Source: a virus. From it: a stretch of 64,000 nucleotides of DNA. The translations under genes were made by a program, and so were the position numbers. Position 1 is the stretch's first letter, and each line of letters begins with the position of its first letter. Below, one piece after another: positions 27,053 through 36,325 of the stretch. The DNA lies in IMG/VR virus record IMGVR_UViG_3300043397_000067, positions 1 to 64,000 of that record. One strand, 5' to 3'. The notes beneath the pieces were generated by a model. The model saw only the letters and a list, made by a program, of their open reading frames with translations, searched no databases and was not told the DNA's origin.

Positions 27053-28055
27053 CGTACATGCTGGCGCTATACGCAGCGCCGGTACTACACCGTTCTCGCA
27101 GTTCGCGCTAAGAACGCACATCCTAAATAAGTTTGAGGAACTACTACCTGAGTCTGGCGACTTAATGATTCTTGGCGACCTATTTGACACCAATAACGTA
27201 CCGCTATGGGACGTTAGCAAGGTGCTGTTTATGTTGTCAAAGTGGGTGACAAATAGGCCCGGTAGCACGCTGTACCTAGTCAGAGGCAATCACGATATCA
27301 GCAAGACTTCAAACGTAATGTCTAGCTTTGACTTTCTAGGCACCATGCTTAAGGTTCACGATAACGTAATGGTTATTACAGAGCCAACAGCTATCAAGTA
27401 CGGCTACGTTATCCCCCACCTGATAAATCAGGACCTATTCGATCAGGCACTTGCCTCAGTGCCCAAGTGCGATAATCTATTCTTGCACTGCAACTACGAT
27501 AACAACTTTGCTGCTCAAAGCGACCAGTCCCTAAACCTTAGCGCGGAGCAAGCCAAAGTCTGCCTAGCAAGCAGAATCGTCATTGCACACGAACACCATG
27601 CAAGGTCACTGGGCAAGGTGGTTATTCCCGGAAACCAGATAGCAAGTTCAGTGTCTGACTGGTTATCTCCGGGTGACAAGCAGTACGCTACTATAAACGC
27701 CAGCAACGAGCTTGCACTTGTCAAGTGTGCGGATAGAAGTACAGAGTATGCTGAACTTGACTATACATCGGACTTTACCTCGTGTGATGCTAAGTTTATT
27801 CGCATAACTGGTACTGTAGCAGCAGATACGGCAAGCAAGCTAATTACTGCAGTATCCAAGTTTAGGCAAAGAAGTAGCGCGCTGGTCATTACATCAGCAG
27901 TAAAGACGTTATCGGAAGATGGCAGCGAAACATTTGAAGCTGCCTTGGAAGAGGCTAAGAACTTCTCTGTCATGGAAGCCCTTAAAGACTTCCTCACTCA
28001 AGACGAATACACAAAACTGGAGAAGCTTCATGCTAAACGAGCTAACACTAACTAA
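27033..28055 (+). CDS. sbcD: Metallophosphoesterase, SbcD/Mre11-like nuclease
   Basis: NDVH, GDLFD, GNHD, AHEH; adjacent to an SMC ATPase. Confidence 0.85.
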   Translation: MLTILNDVHAGAIRSAGTTPFSQFALRTHILNKFEELLPESGDLMILGDLFDTNNVPLWDVSKVLFMLSKWVTNRPGSTLYLVRGNHDISKTSNVMSSFDFLGTMLKVHDNVMVITEPTAIKYGYVIPHLINQDLFDQALASVPKCDNLFLHCNYDNNFAAQSDQSLNLSAEQAKVCLASRIVIAHEHHARSLGKVVIPGNQIASSVSDWLSPGDKQYATINASNELALVKCADRSTEYAELDYTSDFTSCDAKFIRITGTVAADTASKLITAVSKFRQRSSALVITSAVKTLSEDGSETFEAALEEAKNFSVMEALKDFLTQDEYTKLEKLHAKRANTN

Positions 28056-30081
28056 ATTTAGGCAGCATGAGTCTAAGGTAGTAAACTTTACATCGGGCCT
28101 TAACGTCATCCGTGGCGCTAACGAAGCAGGCAAGAGTACTATCTTTGAGGCTATCATGTACGCCTTCTACGGGGCACGGGGTCTGCGTGAGTCGTTGGAT
28201 GATGCCGTGACATGGGGTAACCCGGCGTCGCAACTCAGGGTTAAGTTAGTGTTCACTCACTTAGGCGTCAAGTTCACCATCACCCGGTCAAAGTCGGGCG
28301 CAGAGCTTGTCGGACCCGGAGTGACGGCCTCGGGCCAGTCTGAGGTCACCAACTTCGTCACGGCCTTGTTTGGTGCCCCGCTTGACGTTGCCAAGGCCAT
28401 CCTCATGGCGAAACAAGGCGGCTTGCAGGAATCCCTCGACGGCTCTAGTGTACGGATGATTGAGCAACTTGCTAATGTCCAACTGATAGACAAGCTCATT
28501 GAGTGGGTGCAGCTTGACTTGTCTACTGGAAACACTAGCTCGCTGGTCAAGCAACTACAAGACTACCGCGATATGGTAGCCCCAGTGTTAGATACCGCAG
28601 AAGCTGACGCTAAAGTATCTACACTAACTTCCCGAGTTGAGGCAGTTAAAGCAAACCTTGAGTTGGTAGAAGCTAAAATCGCTAACCTGCAGTGGGCACC
28701 ACCTGTGATAGCAGCTAGGGCGGACTATAACGCTAAGCGGGAAGCTTTGGATAGTACGCTTACGCGCCTGCAAACTACACTGCCGTCAGTACCAGAGCCG
28801 GTAGAAGATAACTCCAAGGAGTTAGAAGCAGCGGCTGCTGAACAGACTCGCAACAAGGAGCTTCAAGGCAACTACATGAAGTATGCAGCTTTCGTACAGC
28901 CTAAAGTCGATAGTAAATACACATCAAGAAGTGAGGCAGACGCTCACCGTGAGAAACTTCAAGAAGAAATTCGCGCTATTACGAAAGGGTTATCAGATAC
29001 TAGCACTAAGATAGCGGTAGAACTATCAAAGAAAATTACAGAAACAGCCTGCGGACTATGCGGTAAAGACTTATCACAGGTGCCAGAAGTTGTAGAGAAG
29101 AATAAGGTAATAGATAGCACCATCGCGGCCCTTAAGGTTAGTAAAGCTAGCTTAGAGGCAAATCTTAGCGCCTATAACCTGCAACTGAGCGGTTTGATAG
29201 AGTTGCTTAAAGCAGACTCTGCTGCTAGAAATACAGCAGCAGGTATCCCCCACCTTGAGGAATATCCCACCTTTCCTGCCACCTACGGATGGGCTGGCGG
29301 TATTCCAGTAGTAACTTACGTTGACTATGCAAAACAGTTAAAGGAGCTTACTACAAAGCTTGCACAAAGAGAAGCTGCTTTGCATCAGTATAACAAGGTT
29401 CAGACGGCTATAGAGGTTACTAGGGTCAACATATCAAGGTTGTACAACCCTGTGCAATCAGAAGTTGACATGGCTAATGAAGCATTTGCTGAGTTGACGT
29501 TAGCAGCTACACGTAAGAATGAATCTATTGACGAGCGTAGGCGGCTGGAATCTCAGCTTTCTGAGGCTAGGCACACCCTAGCGATTTTGGAGACGCGCCA
29601 TACGGAGCAGATGAAGGCTTTTACACAGGCTCAATCTCAGGCCTCGGTAGTAGAGTCTAGTATCAGGGAGATGACAGATAACAATCTCTTGATTAAGAAG
29701 CTGAGGGAAGCAAGGCCGTCAGTAACTAACCGCTTATGGAATACTGTACTTGGTACAGTAACCAGTTACTTCTCACAACTTCGTGGTGTTCATACAGTAG
29801 TAGGGCGTAAAGATGACTGCTTCACGCTTGACGGCAAGAAGCATACATCCTATAGTGGTTCTACCCAAGACTGCCTTGGCCTTGCCATTCGTGCTACCCT
29901 GCAAAAGACCTTCATGGCCGGCTGTGACTTCACCACGTATGACGAGCCTGCAAGTGGGTGTGACTTAGCGCGGGAAAGCGATATGCTAGCGATGCTATCG
30001 ACTTGTGGGTTTGAGCAGGTACTGCTCGTCACCCACAGCGACTTAGCAGACGCTTACGCTACTAACTTCATCCAGATATAG
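28030..30081 (+). CDS. sbcC: SbcC/Rad50-like SMC ATPase
   Basis: GANEAGKS, zinc hook CGLC, YSGS signature, YDEP, LVTH; coiled coils. Confidence 0.9.
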   Translation: MLNELTLTKFRQHESKVVNFTSGLNVIRGANEAGKSTIFEAIMYAFYGARGLRESLDDAVTWGNPASQLRVKLVFTHLGVKFTITRSKSGAELVGPGVTASGQSEVTNFVTALFGAPLDVAKAILMAKQGGLQESLDGSSVRMIEQLANVQLIDKLIEWVQLDLSTGNTSSLVKQLQDYRDMVAPVLDTAEADAKVSTLTSRVEAVKANLELVEAKIANLQWAPPVIAARADYNAKREALDSTLTRLQTTLPSVPEPVEDNSKELEAAAAEQTRNKELQGNYMKYAAFVQPKVDSKYTSRSEADAHREKLQEEIRAITKGLSDTSTKIAVELSKKITETACGLCGKDLSQVPEVVEKNKVIDSTIAALKVSKASLEANLSAYNLQLSGLIELLKADSAARNTAAGIPHLEEYPTFPATYGWAGGIPVVTYVDYAKQLKELTTKLAQREAALHQYNKVQTAIEVTRVNISRLYNPVQSEVDMANEAFAELTLAATRKNESIDERRRLESQLSEARHTLAILETRHTEQMKAFTQAQSQASVVESSIREMTDNNLLIKKLREARPSVTNRLWNTVLGTVTSYFSQLRGVHTVVGRKDDCFTLDGKKHTSYSGSTQDCLGLAIRATLQKTFMAGCDFTTYDEPASGCDLARESDMLAMLSTCGFEQVLLVTHSDLADAYATNFIQI

Positions 30082-30108
30082 TAAAGGGAGCCTAGGCTCC
30101 CTTTACTA
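30079..30108. terminator. Bidirectional terminator between the genome arms
   Basis: Perfect 30-bp palindrome TAGTAAAGGGAGC-CTAG-GCTCCCTTTACTA. Confidence 0.85.
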
Positions 30109-30696
30109 CTTAGGTTCAGCGGACTTTGGAGGTCGGGTCCCGAACCAGAAAAGGGATACTGTAGTCCAAACATATAAAATAGTAGAGACTATTTGTACAA
30201 CAATACCGGTTATCTGTTCAGGTGTAAATGAAATACCATGAACGTCCATCAGATTACGTGCCCACACAAACATGTAGGTCACAAGTACGCAAAGATACGC
30301 TGTCATCCCGGGGCGGATAAAGCCGCGCAGGAAGTCAACGAAACCCATCATCAAGGTCACAGCGCCACCCACAAAGCCGGGGCGGCTCTGGGCACCTTTA
30401 TCAAGGTAGGTAGCCTTGTCATTCTCAAGTGCAGCAATCAAGGACTTGGAGGCGGCTTCATCGCCTCGCGCCTCTGCATCAACCTCTGCCATACTGACTT
30501 CGGCAGCGTTACGAGAATCCGCTCTAGCAGACTCAAGCTTTGACAGCTCAAGCGTGTTCTGGTGGTTCAGCTTGATGATTTCAATATCTTGCTTCTTATG
30601 CTGCAAGTCAAAGTAGCGTTGCAGCAATACTCCGATAAGGCCAGTAGCCCCGCCAGAAAGAACACTTGTAAACAGTCCACCAATAATTTCTAGCAT
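30106..30696 (-). CDS. Holin-like membrane protein (3TM GTA-holin-like)
   Basis: LRGFIRP ... FWFG.R pattern, TM segments, next to the endolysin. Confidence 0.65.
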   Translation of the reverse strand: MLEIIGGLFTSVLSGGATGLIGVLLQRYFDLQHKKQDIEIIKLNHQNTLELSKLESARADSRNAAEVSMAEVDAEARGDEAASKSLIAALENDKATYLDKGAQSRPGFVGGAVTLMMGFVDFLRGFIRPGMTAYLCVLVTYMFVWARNLMDVHGISFTPEQITGIVVQIVSTILYVWTTVSLFWFGTRPPKSAEPK

Positions 30697-31247
30697 AGTA
30701 TTAACGCCTTTGTGTATAGAGCTTGCCTATGTGCAATGCCGTTTGTGCCGCCGTTTATACGTTTAGTCAGTGTAACAAAATCTCCACTATCTGCAAACGT
30801 ATTGAGTTTCTTTAAGTTCCAAAATATAGCTGCCGATAATGCTGCATACTGCACAAGCGCTAGCTTCTCTGGTTCTGCGTGAAAGTCTGGGCAGTCTGGT
30901 ACTAACTTTCTCATTTCCCTTGTGGTAATGATATAGTTAGATTCTCCCGTAGTTTGTATCCAGCCACGGCCCATATATCTTTTACCTGAGCCGGGTGCTA
31001 TATTGCCAAGCTGCTTAGCAAGCTTACTTGGTGGCTCATACTTTAGCTGCTGCTGCGTAGGACCCCAAATCTCCTTAGTATATACTAGCATCCCGCTCTC
31101 ATGCCCCACCTGTGCAAGAAAGCAGGCTTTACGCTGTTGCGTAGTACACTTCGCAAGTAGCAAAGCCGCCTCCATAAATGGGGCGGCTTCCTTAGCTTTA
31201 GATAACCTCAGGTTATATAGCTGGACCAGGGTTTGTGTGAGGTTCAT
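30690..31247 (-). CDS. Endolysin, glycoside hydrolase family 19
   Basis: FLAQVGHESG, YMGRGWIQTTG..NY, TKRINGGTNG. Confidence 0.92.
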   Translation of the reverse strand: MNLTQTLVQLYNLRLSKAKEAAPFMEAALLLAKCTTQQRKACFLAQVGHESGMLVYTKEIWGPTQQQLKYEPPSKLAKQLGNIAPGSGKRYMGRGWIQTTGESNYIITTREMRKLVPDCPDFHAEPEKLALVQYAALSAAIFWNLKKLNTFADSGDFVTLTKRINGGTNGIAHRQALYTKALILC

Positions 31248-31551
31248 TGGCTTGGTAGTCTTTTAACATAGTCTCAAGCTCATCTATCTTCTTGTTTGCC
31301 TTACGCAACTCACCCATAAGACCTACGTTCTGTTCGTGGAGTTCAGCTACCTGCTTTGACAAGCTCTGAACAAGCTCAGACTGGGCCTTGAGCTGTGCTG
31401 ATAAAGTAGCGCCAATAGAGGTTACGTCGGCTATGTCTACCTTACGTGAGTGGAGGTAGAGCGCAAATACTGCAAATACGAACCCAACGGTAAGGGTGAA
31501 CGCTGCGGGTTGACCCTTTAGGGCCTGAATCAGTAGCGTTATAGCTTCCAT
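31213..31551 (-). CDS. Lysis-cassette protein, N-terminal TM plus coiled coil
   Basis: One TM then heptad repeats. Confidence 0.6.
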   Translation of the reverse strand: MEAITLLIQALKGQPAAFTLTVGFVFAVFALYLHSRKVDIADVTSIGATLSAQLKAQSELVQSLSKQVAELHEQNVGLMGELRKANKKIDELETMLKDYQANEPHTNPGPAI

Positions 31552-31913
31552 GTAAACCTCAACATGCTTACGTTTACGACAAAGGCGTACAAGTTAGTAA
31601 GCCCTAGAGTTAGTAAACCTATAGCTACATGGTCCGTAGAGAGACTACTAATGCCGACCCACACCCAAAAGCTACCGTTTACCCAGCACATTATAGTGCG
31701 AAGTAGCTCTTGTTTCGGGTACGCCAGTAGGCCAATTAACTGCAAAATCAGCAGAGAGGTAATGGCCCACTCCCAATATACGCAGGGTTTAGATGACTCC
31801 ATCAGAATAGGGGAACCAGACACCAATATAGTAATCAAAAGTAAGGCTAGAGCCATACAACTTGCAAGCTCTGCTACTCTGGTATCTTGTGGAAATAGGT
31901 TAAAAGATTTCAC
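31539..31913 (-). CDS. Multi-pass membrane protein
   Basis: About 4 hydrophobic segments; RBS GGAGG. Confidence 0.6.
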   Translation of the reverse strand: MKSFNLFPQDTRVAELASCMALALLLITILVSGSPILMESSKPCVYWEWAITSLLILQLIGLLAYPKQELLRTIMCWVNGSFWVWVGISSLSTDHVAIGLLTLGLTNLYAFVVNVSMLRFTWKL

Positions 31914-31958
31914 GATGCCTCCAAGCCTTCACTATATATCGCCAACATTAACGCTGAC

Positions 31959-32246
31959 TTAAGTGCCAACTGACTTGTCGCAGTGGTCTTTATCGAATAC
32001 GTCTAGCAGTTTGCATAGCACGCATCCCCACTTTTTATTTTCTCTCTTAGCTCTACCTGCCCTTGAGGATACTGTTTCGTCCTCACTACCGTTGCTAGCT
32101 GCATTAAATAGCTGGTCGAAACTAATTGCTATCTTCCAACTCTTGTCTGGCGCTACCAGTACTGTGTACAGATAGCGAACAAAAGCTATTACTGCTGCAA
32201 GGGCGAGCAGTGGAAGAAAACAAATCAGTATCAACCTAGCTTTCAT
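31959..32246 (-). CDS. Hypothetical phage membrane protein
   Basis: N-terminal TM; DQL.NA...G..DETVSSR.G......C.LLD..DKDHC. Confidence 0.65.
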   Translation of the reverse strand: MKARLILICFLPLLALAAVIAFVRYLYTVLVAPDKSWKIAISFDQLFNAASNGSEDETVSSRAGRAKRENKKWGCVLCKLLDVFDKDHCDKSVGT

Positions 32247-32551
32247 GCAGCGTCCCTAGCAAGGGCCTCACTTATATACAGGCTGTAGAGTACAGCATAA
32301 ACTTGCTCATGCGTCATAACAGTACCAGTAGGTTCCCCAGTAGTCGGGTCAATCAACTGAAATACGCCATCAGCTCTAAAGCTGGCGTTTATTGCTCCAA
32401 CGGGTCGTGCAATTGAATCTGCTCCAAGCTCAATAAACCGCTCCTCAAGAAAGGCCATTGATGGCACACCACCCTTGGGGTTGTTAATGACTACCTGATT
32501 ACATCTGGTATAAGCTGTACCAGAAATAGAACTTTCATTGTAGTTTGGCAC
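32243..32551 (-). CDS. Hypothetical fibre-associated protein
   Basis: RBS AAGGAG; follows the fibre genes. Confidence 0.6.
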   Translation of the reverse strand: MPNYNESSISGTAYTRCNQVVINNPKGGVPSMAFLEERFIELGADSIARPVGAINASFRADGVFQLIDPTTGEPTGTVMTHEQVYAVLYSLYISEALARDAA

Positions 32552-32560
32552 AGTAGCTCC

Positions 32561-32758
32561 TTAAGCGGACTTGAGTGTAGGCGAATAACCCTGAGCAGAG
32601 GCTGACTGCAAGGCTTCCTCAAGGGACTTGACCTGTTGTTGTAGAACAACAATAGTCCCGGCGTCCATGACGTTTTGGGCTTGAGCAATATCGCGCTGTC
32701 GGGTAAGACAGGCGAAACGGGCATTGAGTTCGATTTCAGAAACGATGTTTTCGGGCAT
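32561..32758 (-). CDS. Small coiled-coil protein
   Basis: RBS TAAGGA; follows the fibre gene. Confidence 0.6.
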   Translation of the reverse strand: MPENIVSEIELNARFACLTRQRDIAQAQNVMDAGTIVVLQQQVKSLEEALQSASAQGYSPTLKSA

Positions 32759-32767
32759 TTTATTTCC

Positions 32768-35700
32768 TTACCAGTAGGGGATGTATCGGGTGGTTCCCGC
32801 CACGGCAATGGCAAGCCACCCTTGGACTGTGGTGTTAGCGCCAGTCGGGCCAACGCTGCCAAGTGTAGTCGCAACTGCACCATTTGCAACGTTTGAGTTC
32901 ACAAAATTTACGCGACCGTTAGTGGTGCCAGTGCCAGTAGTGAGGTTAATGTCACCACCTACGCCAGAGCTACCATTAGATGCTGTTATAGATACGTTAG
33001 CACCAGCACCAGTAGAGCCTCTAGCCCCGGCTGTTATAGTAACAGCACCTCCTGCCCCGGTGGCCCCACCAGTACCCCCAGCGATATTTACAGCACCACC
33101 AGCAGCAGCAAGCCCACCTGCACCGGCTGTTATGTTTATAGCACCACCGATACCACCAGTAGTCGTAGTAGAACCCTGACCAGCTAGTATGTCTACTTTT
33201 CCGCCCACAATGCCAGTAACTGTGGCACTAGAATTACCAGCAGTAATAACAACATTACCTGCTCTTACATTACTATTGGTTAAGTTACCCGCAGTAATAG
33301 TAACATCACCGCCTTGGTTACCGCCATTACCAGCTGTTACGCTAATAGAGCCTCCGTTAGACCCCGCAGTAGTACCGCCTGTAATAACTACACTACCTCC
33401 ACTACCTAGTGAGTTAGTAACTGCACCACCGGTTATAGCTACATTACCCCCAGTACCAGAGCCAGAAGACGTACCACCATTTATAGTAACAAGGCCCCCA
33501 GGAGATGTATTAGATATACCGTCACCCCCGGATACAGTAGTACTGCCAGATACACCGCCTGAACTACCTCCGGCTTTAATAGATACTGCTCCACCATTCT
33601 GGCCAAGGCCACCAGCTCCAGCAGTTATAGTAACTGCACCGCCAATACCCCCACTGGTAGTTGTAGACCCAGCACCTGCTGTAATTACTACAGGGCCACC
33701 AGCCACAGAGGCAACTGCACCGGCAGCACCTCCGTTAATTACTACTCCACCGGAGTTACCGGACTGTGCAGCACCCGATGTACCGCCCTGCAGAGTAAGT
33801 ATCCCAGCAGTAGATGCAGAACCACTACCTATTGTAATTGTTATATTACCAGATGTATTTGCATTACCTGTAGTAATACTAATTGCACCGCTAGAGGTTG
33901 AGGATGCGGCGGTATTTATTGAACACGCCCCTGAGCTACCGGTAGACGAAGAGCCGCTAGCTATAGTTACATTACCGCCAGTAGCTGCAAGTCCACCAGT
34001 ACCAGCGGTAATAGAAATAGCGCCTCCAATGCCGCCAGTAGTAGTAGTGGAGCCTGCTCCAGCGGTGAGCACTATTGGGCCACCTGCCACAGAAGCTACT
34101 GCACCAGTAGAACCACCGTTAATAACTACTCCACCAGAGTTACCGGATTGCGCTGTATTAGATGTTCCACCTTGCAGGGTTAAAATGCCAGCAAATCCGG
34201 TAGCTCCACCCGTTCCAGAGGATATAGTTATATTACCGCCGGAGTTTGAAAGACCTCCAGTACCACCAGTAATTGTAATAGGCCCACCAAAACCCCCTGT
34301 AGTTGTGGTAGAACCAACACCACCAGTTAACACGACTGGACCACCAGATATACCTATTACTGCACCAGCAGCACCACCAGTTATGACAACACCGCCTGAG
34401 TTGCCAGACTGCGTTGTGTTGGATATACCACCAGTTATATTTAAAATACCCGCTCGCCCTGTAGCACCCCCACTAGCTACAGATAAATTAAGGTTACCGC
34501 TTGCAGCAGCAAGTCCACCAGTACCGGAAGTGATAGTAACTGCACCACCAACGCCACCAGTCGTTGTAGTAGAGCCTGCACCAGCAGTAAGCACAACAGG
34601 GCCACCTGCAATAGAGGCTACAGAGCCAGCGTTGCCTCCCAGCAGAACCACCCCACCGGAGTTACCCGACTGTGCAGACCTTGCTGAACCACCCTGCAAA
34701 GTAAGAATACCGGGGGTGCCTGACGTTGGGTTTCCAACAGAGATAGTTACGTTACCGCTACTACCAGAAGTAGTAGTACCAGAGCTAATGGAGATAGGGC
34801 CGCTAGCACCGCTAGTGCTTCCACCTACTCCGGTAGCTAAAGTAATTGAGCCACTACTACCAGTAGTACTACCGCTACCAGTAGTGAGTTGAAATACTCC
34901 ACCACCGGATGCTGATGGCGTGGTATTAAATACAACATCACCAGTACTAGTAACAAGCAGTATATTAGTAGCCCTTGCATTAACAGACAAGGCGTTTGCA
35001 GTGGAGCCAGCAAGTGTGCTTATGGAGACAAGGTTTTGACTTCCTACGCCGCCAGTAGCTGCGGAAGTTTCACCGATAGCGAATGCCGTCTGAGCGGCTG
35101 TAGTCTGCGACCAGTTCCAAGTCTGTGGATTGTTGCCGTTGGCAAGCGTGTTTGAGCCTGTTGCAGCCGTCAGACCACTCAAGGCCGAGGTCACACTCAA
35201 CTGGCTTGCTGGGACCTTGCCAGTGCCATCCAATGATGCGTAGCCGTTAGCATTACCCTTCTCACTCAAATCCTGCTTGAGATTGAATGCTGTTTGCTGA
35301 GCAGTAGAGACTGGCTTGTTTACGTCAGAAGTGTTATCTACGTTGGATAACCCGATATCGGCTTTAGCAAGTGTTACTACCCCGGCGTATCCATTTACAG
35401 AGTCTACTGCACCACTGGTTATATAAATATAGGCACTACCAGACCACCTATAAGTCTTGTTTGTATCAAGTGCTACATAAATCTTACCGGTTTCACCGGT
35501 TCCTGGAAAGGCTGCAAGATTGGCGTACTCAAGAACATCGTCAACAAAAGATGGCAGTTGACCCGAGGGAACTTTACCACCAGAGTCCAAGGAAGCATAG
35601 CCATTAGCTACGCCTTTTGCAGATACATCCTGCTTTAAGTTCAAAGCAGTTGTAGTAGCTGTAGAGACAGGCTTATTTACGTCAGATGTATTATCGACGT

Positions 35701-35944
35701 TGCTAAGTCCAACATCAGCCTTAGTAGGTGCAGACCACGAAAAGTCATAATCTGTAGTACTATTTTTTCTAAGGTAGAAACCTGTAGCACCTCCTGTAGG
35801 AGTACCTACACCGGAGGGGCCTTGGCCCACTGACAAAGCAAGTGCTATAGTGGGGGGCGCACCAATGGCAAGTTGTATCGGGTCTTGCCCGGCCTCCACT
35901 ACCTCAAGATTTAGAGGGGCAGGTGTATTAACAGTAATACTCAT
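32768..35944 (-). CDS. Gly/Thr/Ser-rich repetitive tail fibre
   Basis: Two KAD.GLSNVDNTSD.NKPVS..GYASLD..GKVP repeats, long GG.V.I.AG solenoid, C-terminal YIPYW. Confidence 0.8.
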   Translation of the reverse strand: MSITVNTPAPLNLEVVEAGQDPIQLAIGAPPTIALALSVGQGPSGVGTPTGGATGFYLRKNSTTDYDFSWSAPTKADVGLSNVDNTSDVNKPVSTATTTALNLKQDVSAKGVANGYASLDSGGKVPSGQLPSFVDDVLEYANLAAFPGTGETGKIYVALDTNKTYRWSGSAYIYITSGAVDSVNGYAGVVTLAKADIGLSNVDNTSDVNKPVSTAQQTAFNLKQDLSEKGNANGYASLDGTGKVPASQLSVTSALSGLTAATGSNTLANGNNPQTWNWSQTTAAQTAFAIGETSAATGGVGSQNLVSISTLAGSTANALSVNARATNILLVTSTGDVVFNTTPSASGGGVFQLTTGSGSTTGSSGSITLATGVGGSTSGASGPISISSGTTTSGSSGNVTISVGNPTSGTPGILTLQGGSARSAQSGNSGGVVLLGGNAGSVASIAGGPVVLTAGAGSTTTTGGVGGAVTITSGTGGLAAASGNLNLSVASGGATGRAGILNITGGISNTTQSGNSGGVVITGGAAGAVIGISGGPVVLTGGVGSTTTTGGFGGPITITGGTGGLSNSGGNITISSGTGGATGFAGILTLQGGTSNTAQSGNSGGVVINGGSTGAVASVAGGPIVLTAGAGSTTTTGGIGGAISITAGTGGLAATGGNVTIASGSSSTGSSGACSINTAASSTSSGAISITTGNANTSGNITITIGSGSASTAGILTLQGGTSGAAQSGNSGGVVINGGAAGAVASVAGGPVVITAGAGSTTTSGGIGGAVTITAGAGGLGQNGGAVSIKAGGSSGGVSGSTTVSGGDGISNTSPGGLVTINGGTSSGSGTGGNVAITGGAVTNSLGSGGSVVITGGTTAGSNGGSISVTAGNGGNQGGDVTITAGNLTNSNVRAGNVVITAGNSSATVTGIVGGKVDILAGQGSTTTTGGIGGAINITAGAGGLAAAGGAVNIAGGTGGATGAGGAVTITAGARGSTGAGANVSITASNGSSGVGGDINLTTGTGTTNGRVNFVNSNVANGAVATTLGSVGPTGANTTVQGWLAIAVAGTTRYIPYW

Positions 35945-36324
35945 GTCTTGGTAACCTCACGGAATACGGATACAGCACCATACATCAATGGTGTAACAAC
36001 CCCAGCAATTTCCATCTCCATATCCCAGTAGTACTGAGAGTCTGCATCAGTTTCTGTCAATCCCGCAGAAAGTGAGGCAGTGTCAGTAGCAGTTATAGAG
36101 TAAGAAAACTGTCCAGCAGCCGAGTTAGTTATCGTGCATGTAAACGGAGCCGCTACAGTAGCTGAGTTAGGCAACCGTCTTACCTGCCCACGGATTGTAG
36201 CACCGGCAAGGCTTACTGGGGATGTGTCCGGATTAGTCAGTGTGCAGGCCATAGGGCCGAATGTGGCACCCTGACGCACCAGTAGGTTAAGCTCTGCACC
36301 CTTGAAACCAATAGTTACTGCCAT
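35941..36324 (-). CDS. BppU-like fibre adaptor
   Basis: QGATF...VSLAGATIRGQVR...GQF...T..L....YWDME pattern. Confidence 0.65.
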   Translation of the reverse strand: MAVTIGFKGAELNLLVRQGATFGPMACTLTNPDTSPVSLAGATIRGQVRRLPNSATVAAPFTCTITNSAAGQFSYSITATDTASLSAGLTETDADSQYYWDMEMEIAGVVTPLMYGAVSVFREVTKT

Positions 36325-36325
36325 T

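Noticed and set aside
30106-32246. Complete spanin pair
   Set aside because: 31213..31551 could be an inner spanin, but no lipobox-bearing outer spanin was found, so no spanin call is made
33189-34892. 567-aa + strand ORF
   Set aside because: Pro/Val-rich antisense shadow of the Gly/Thr fibre gene
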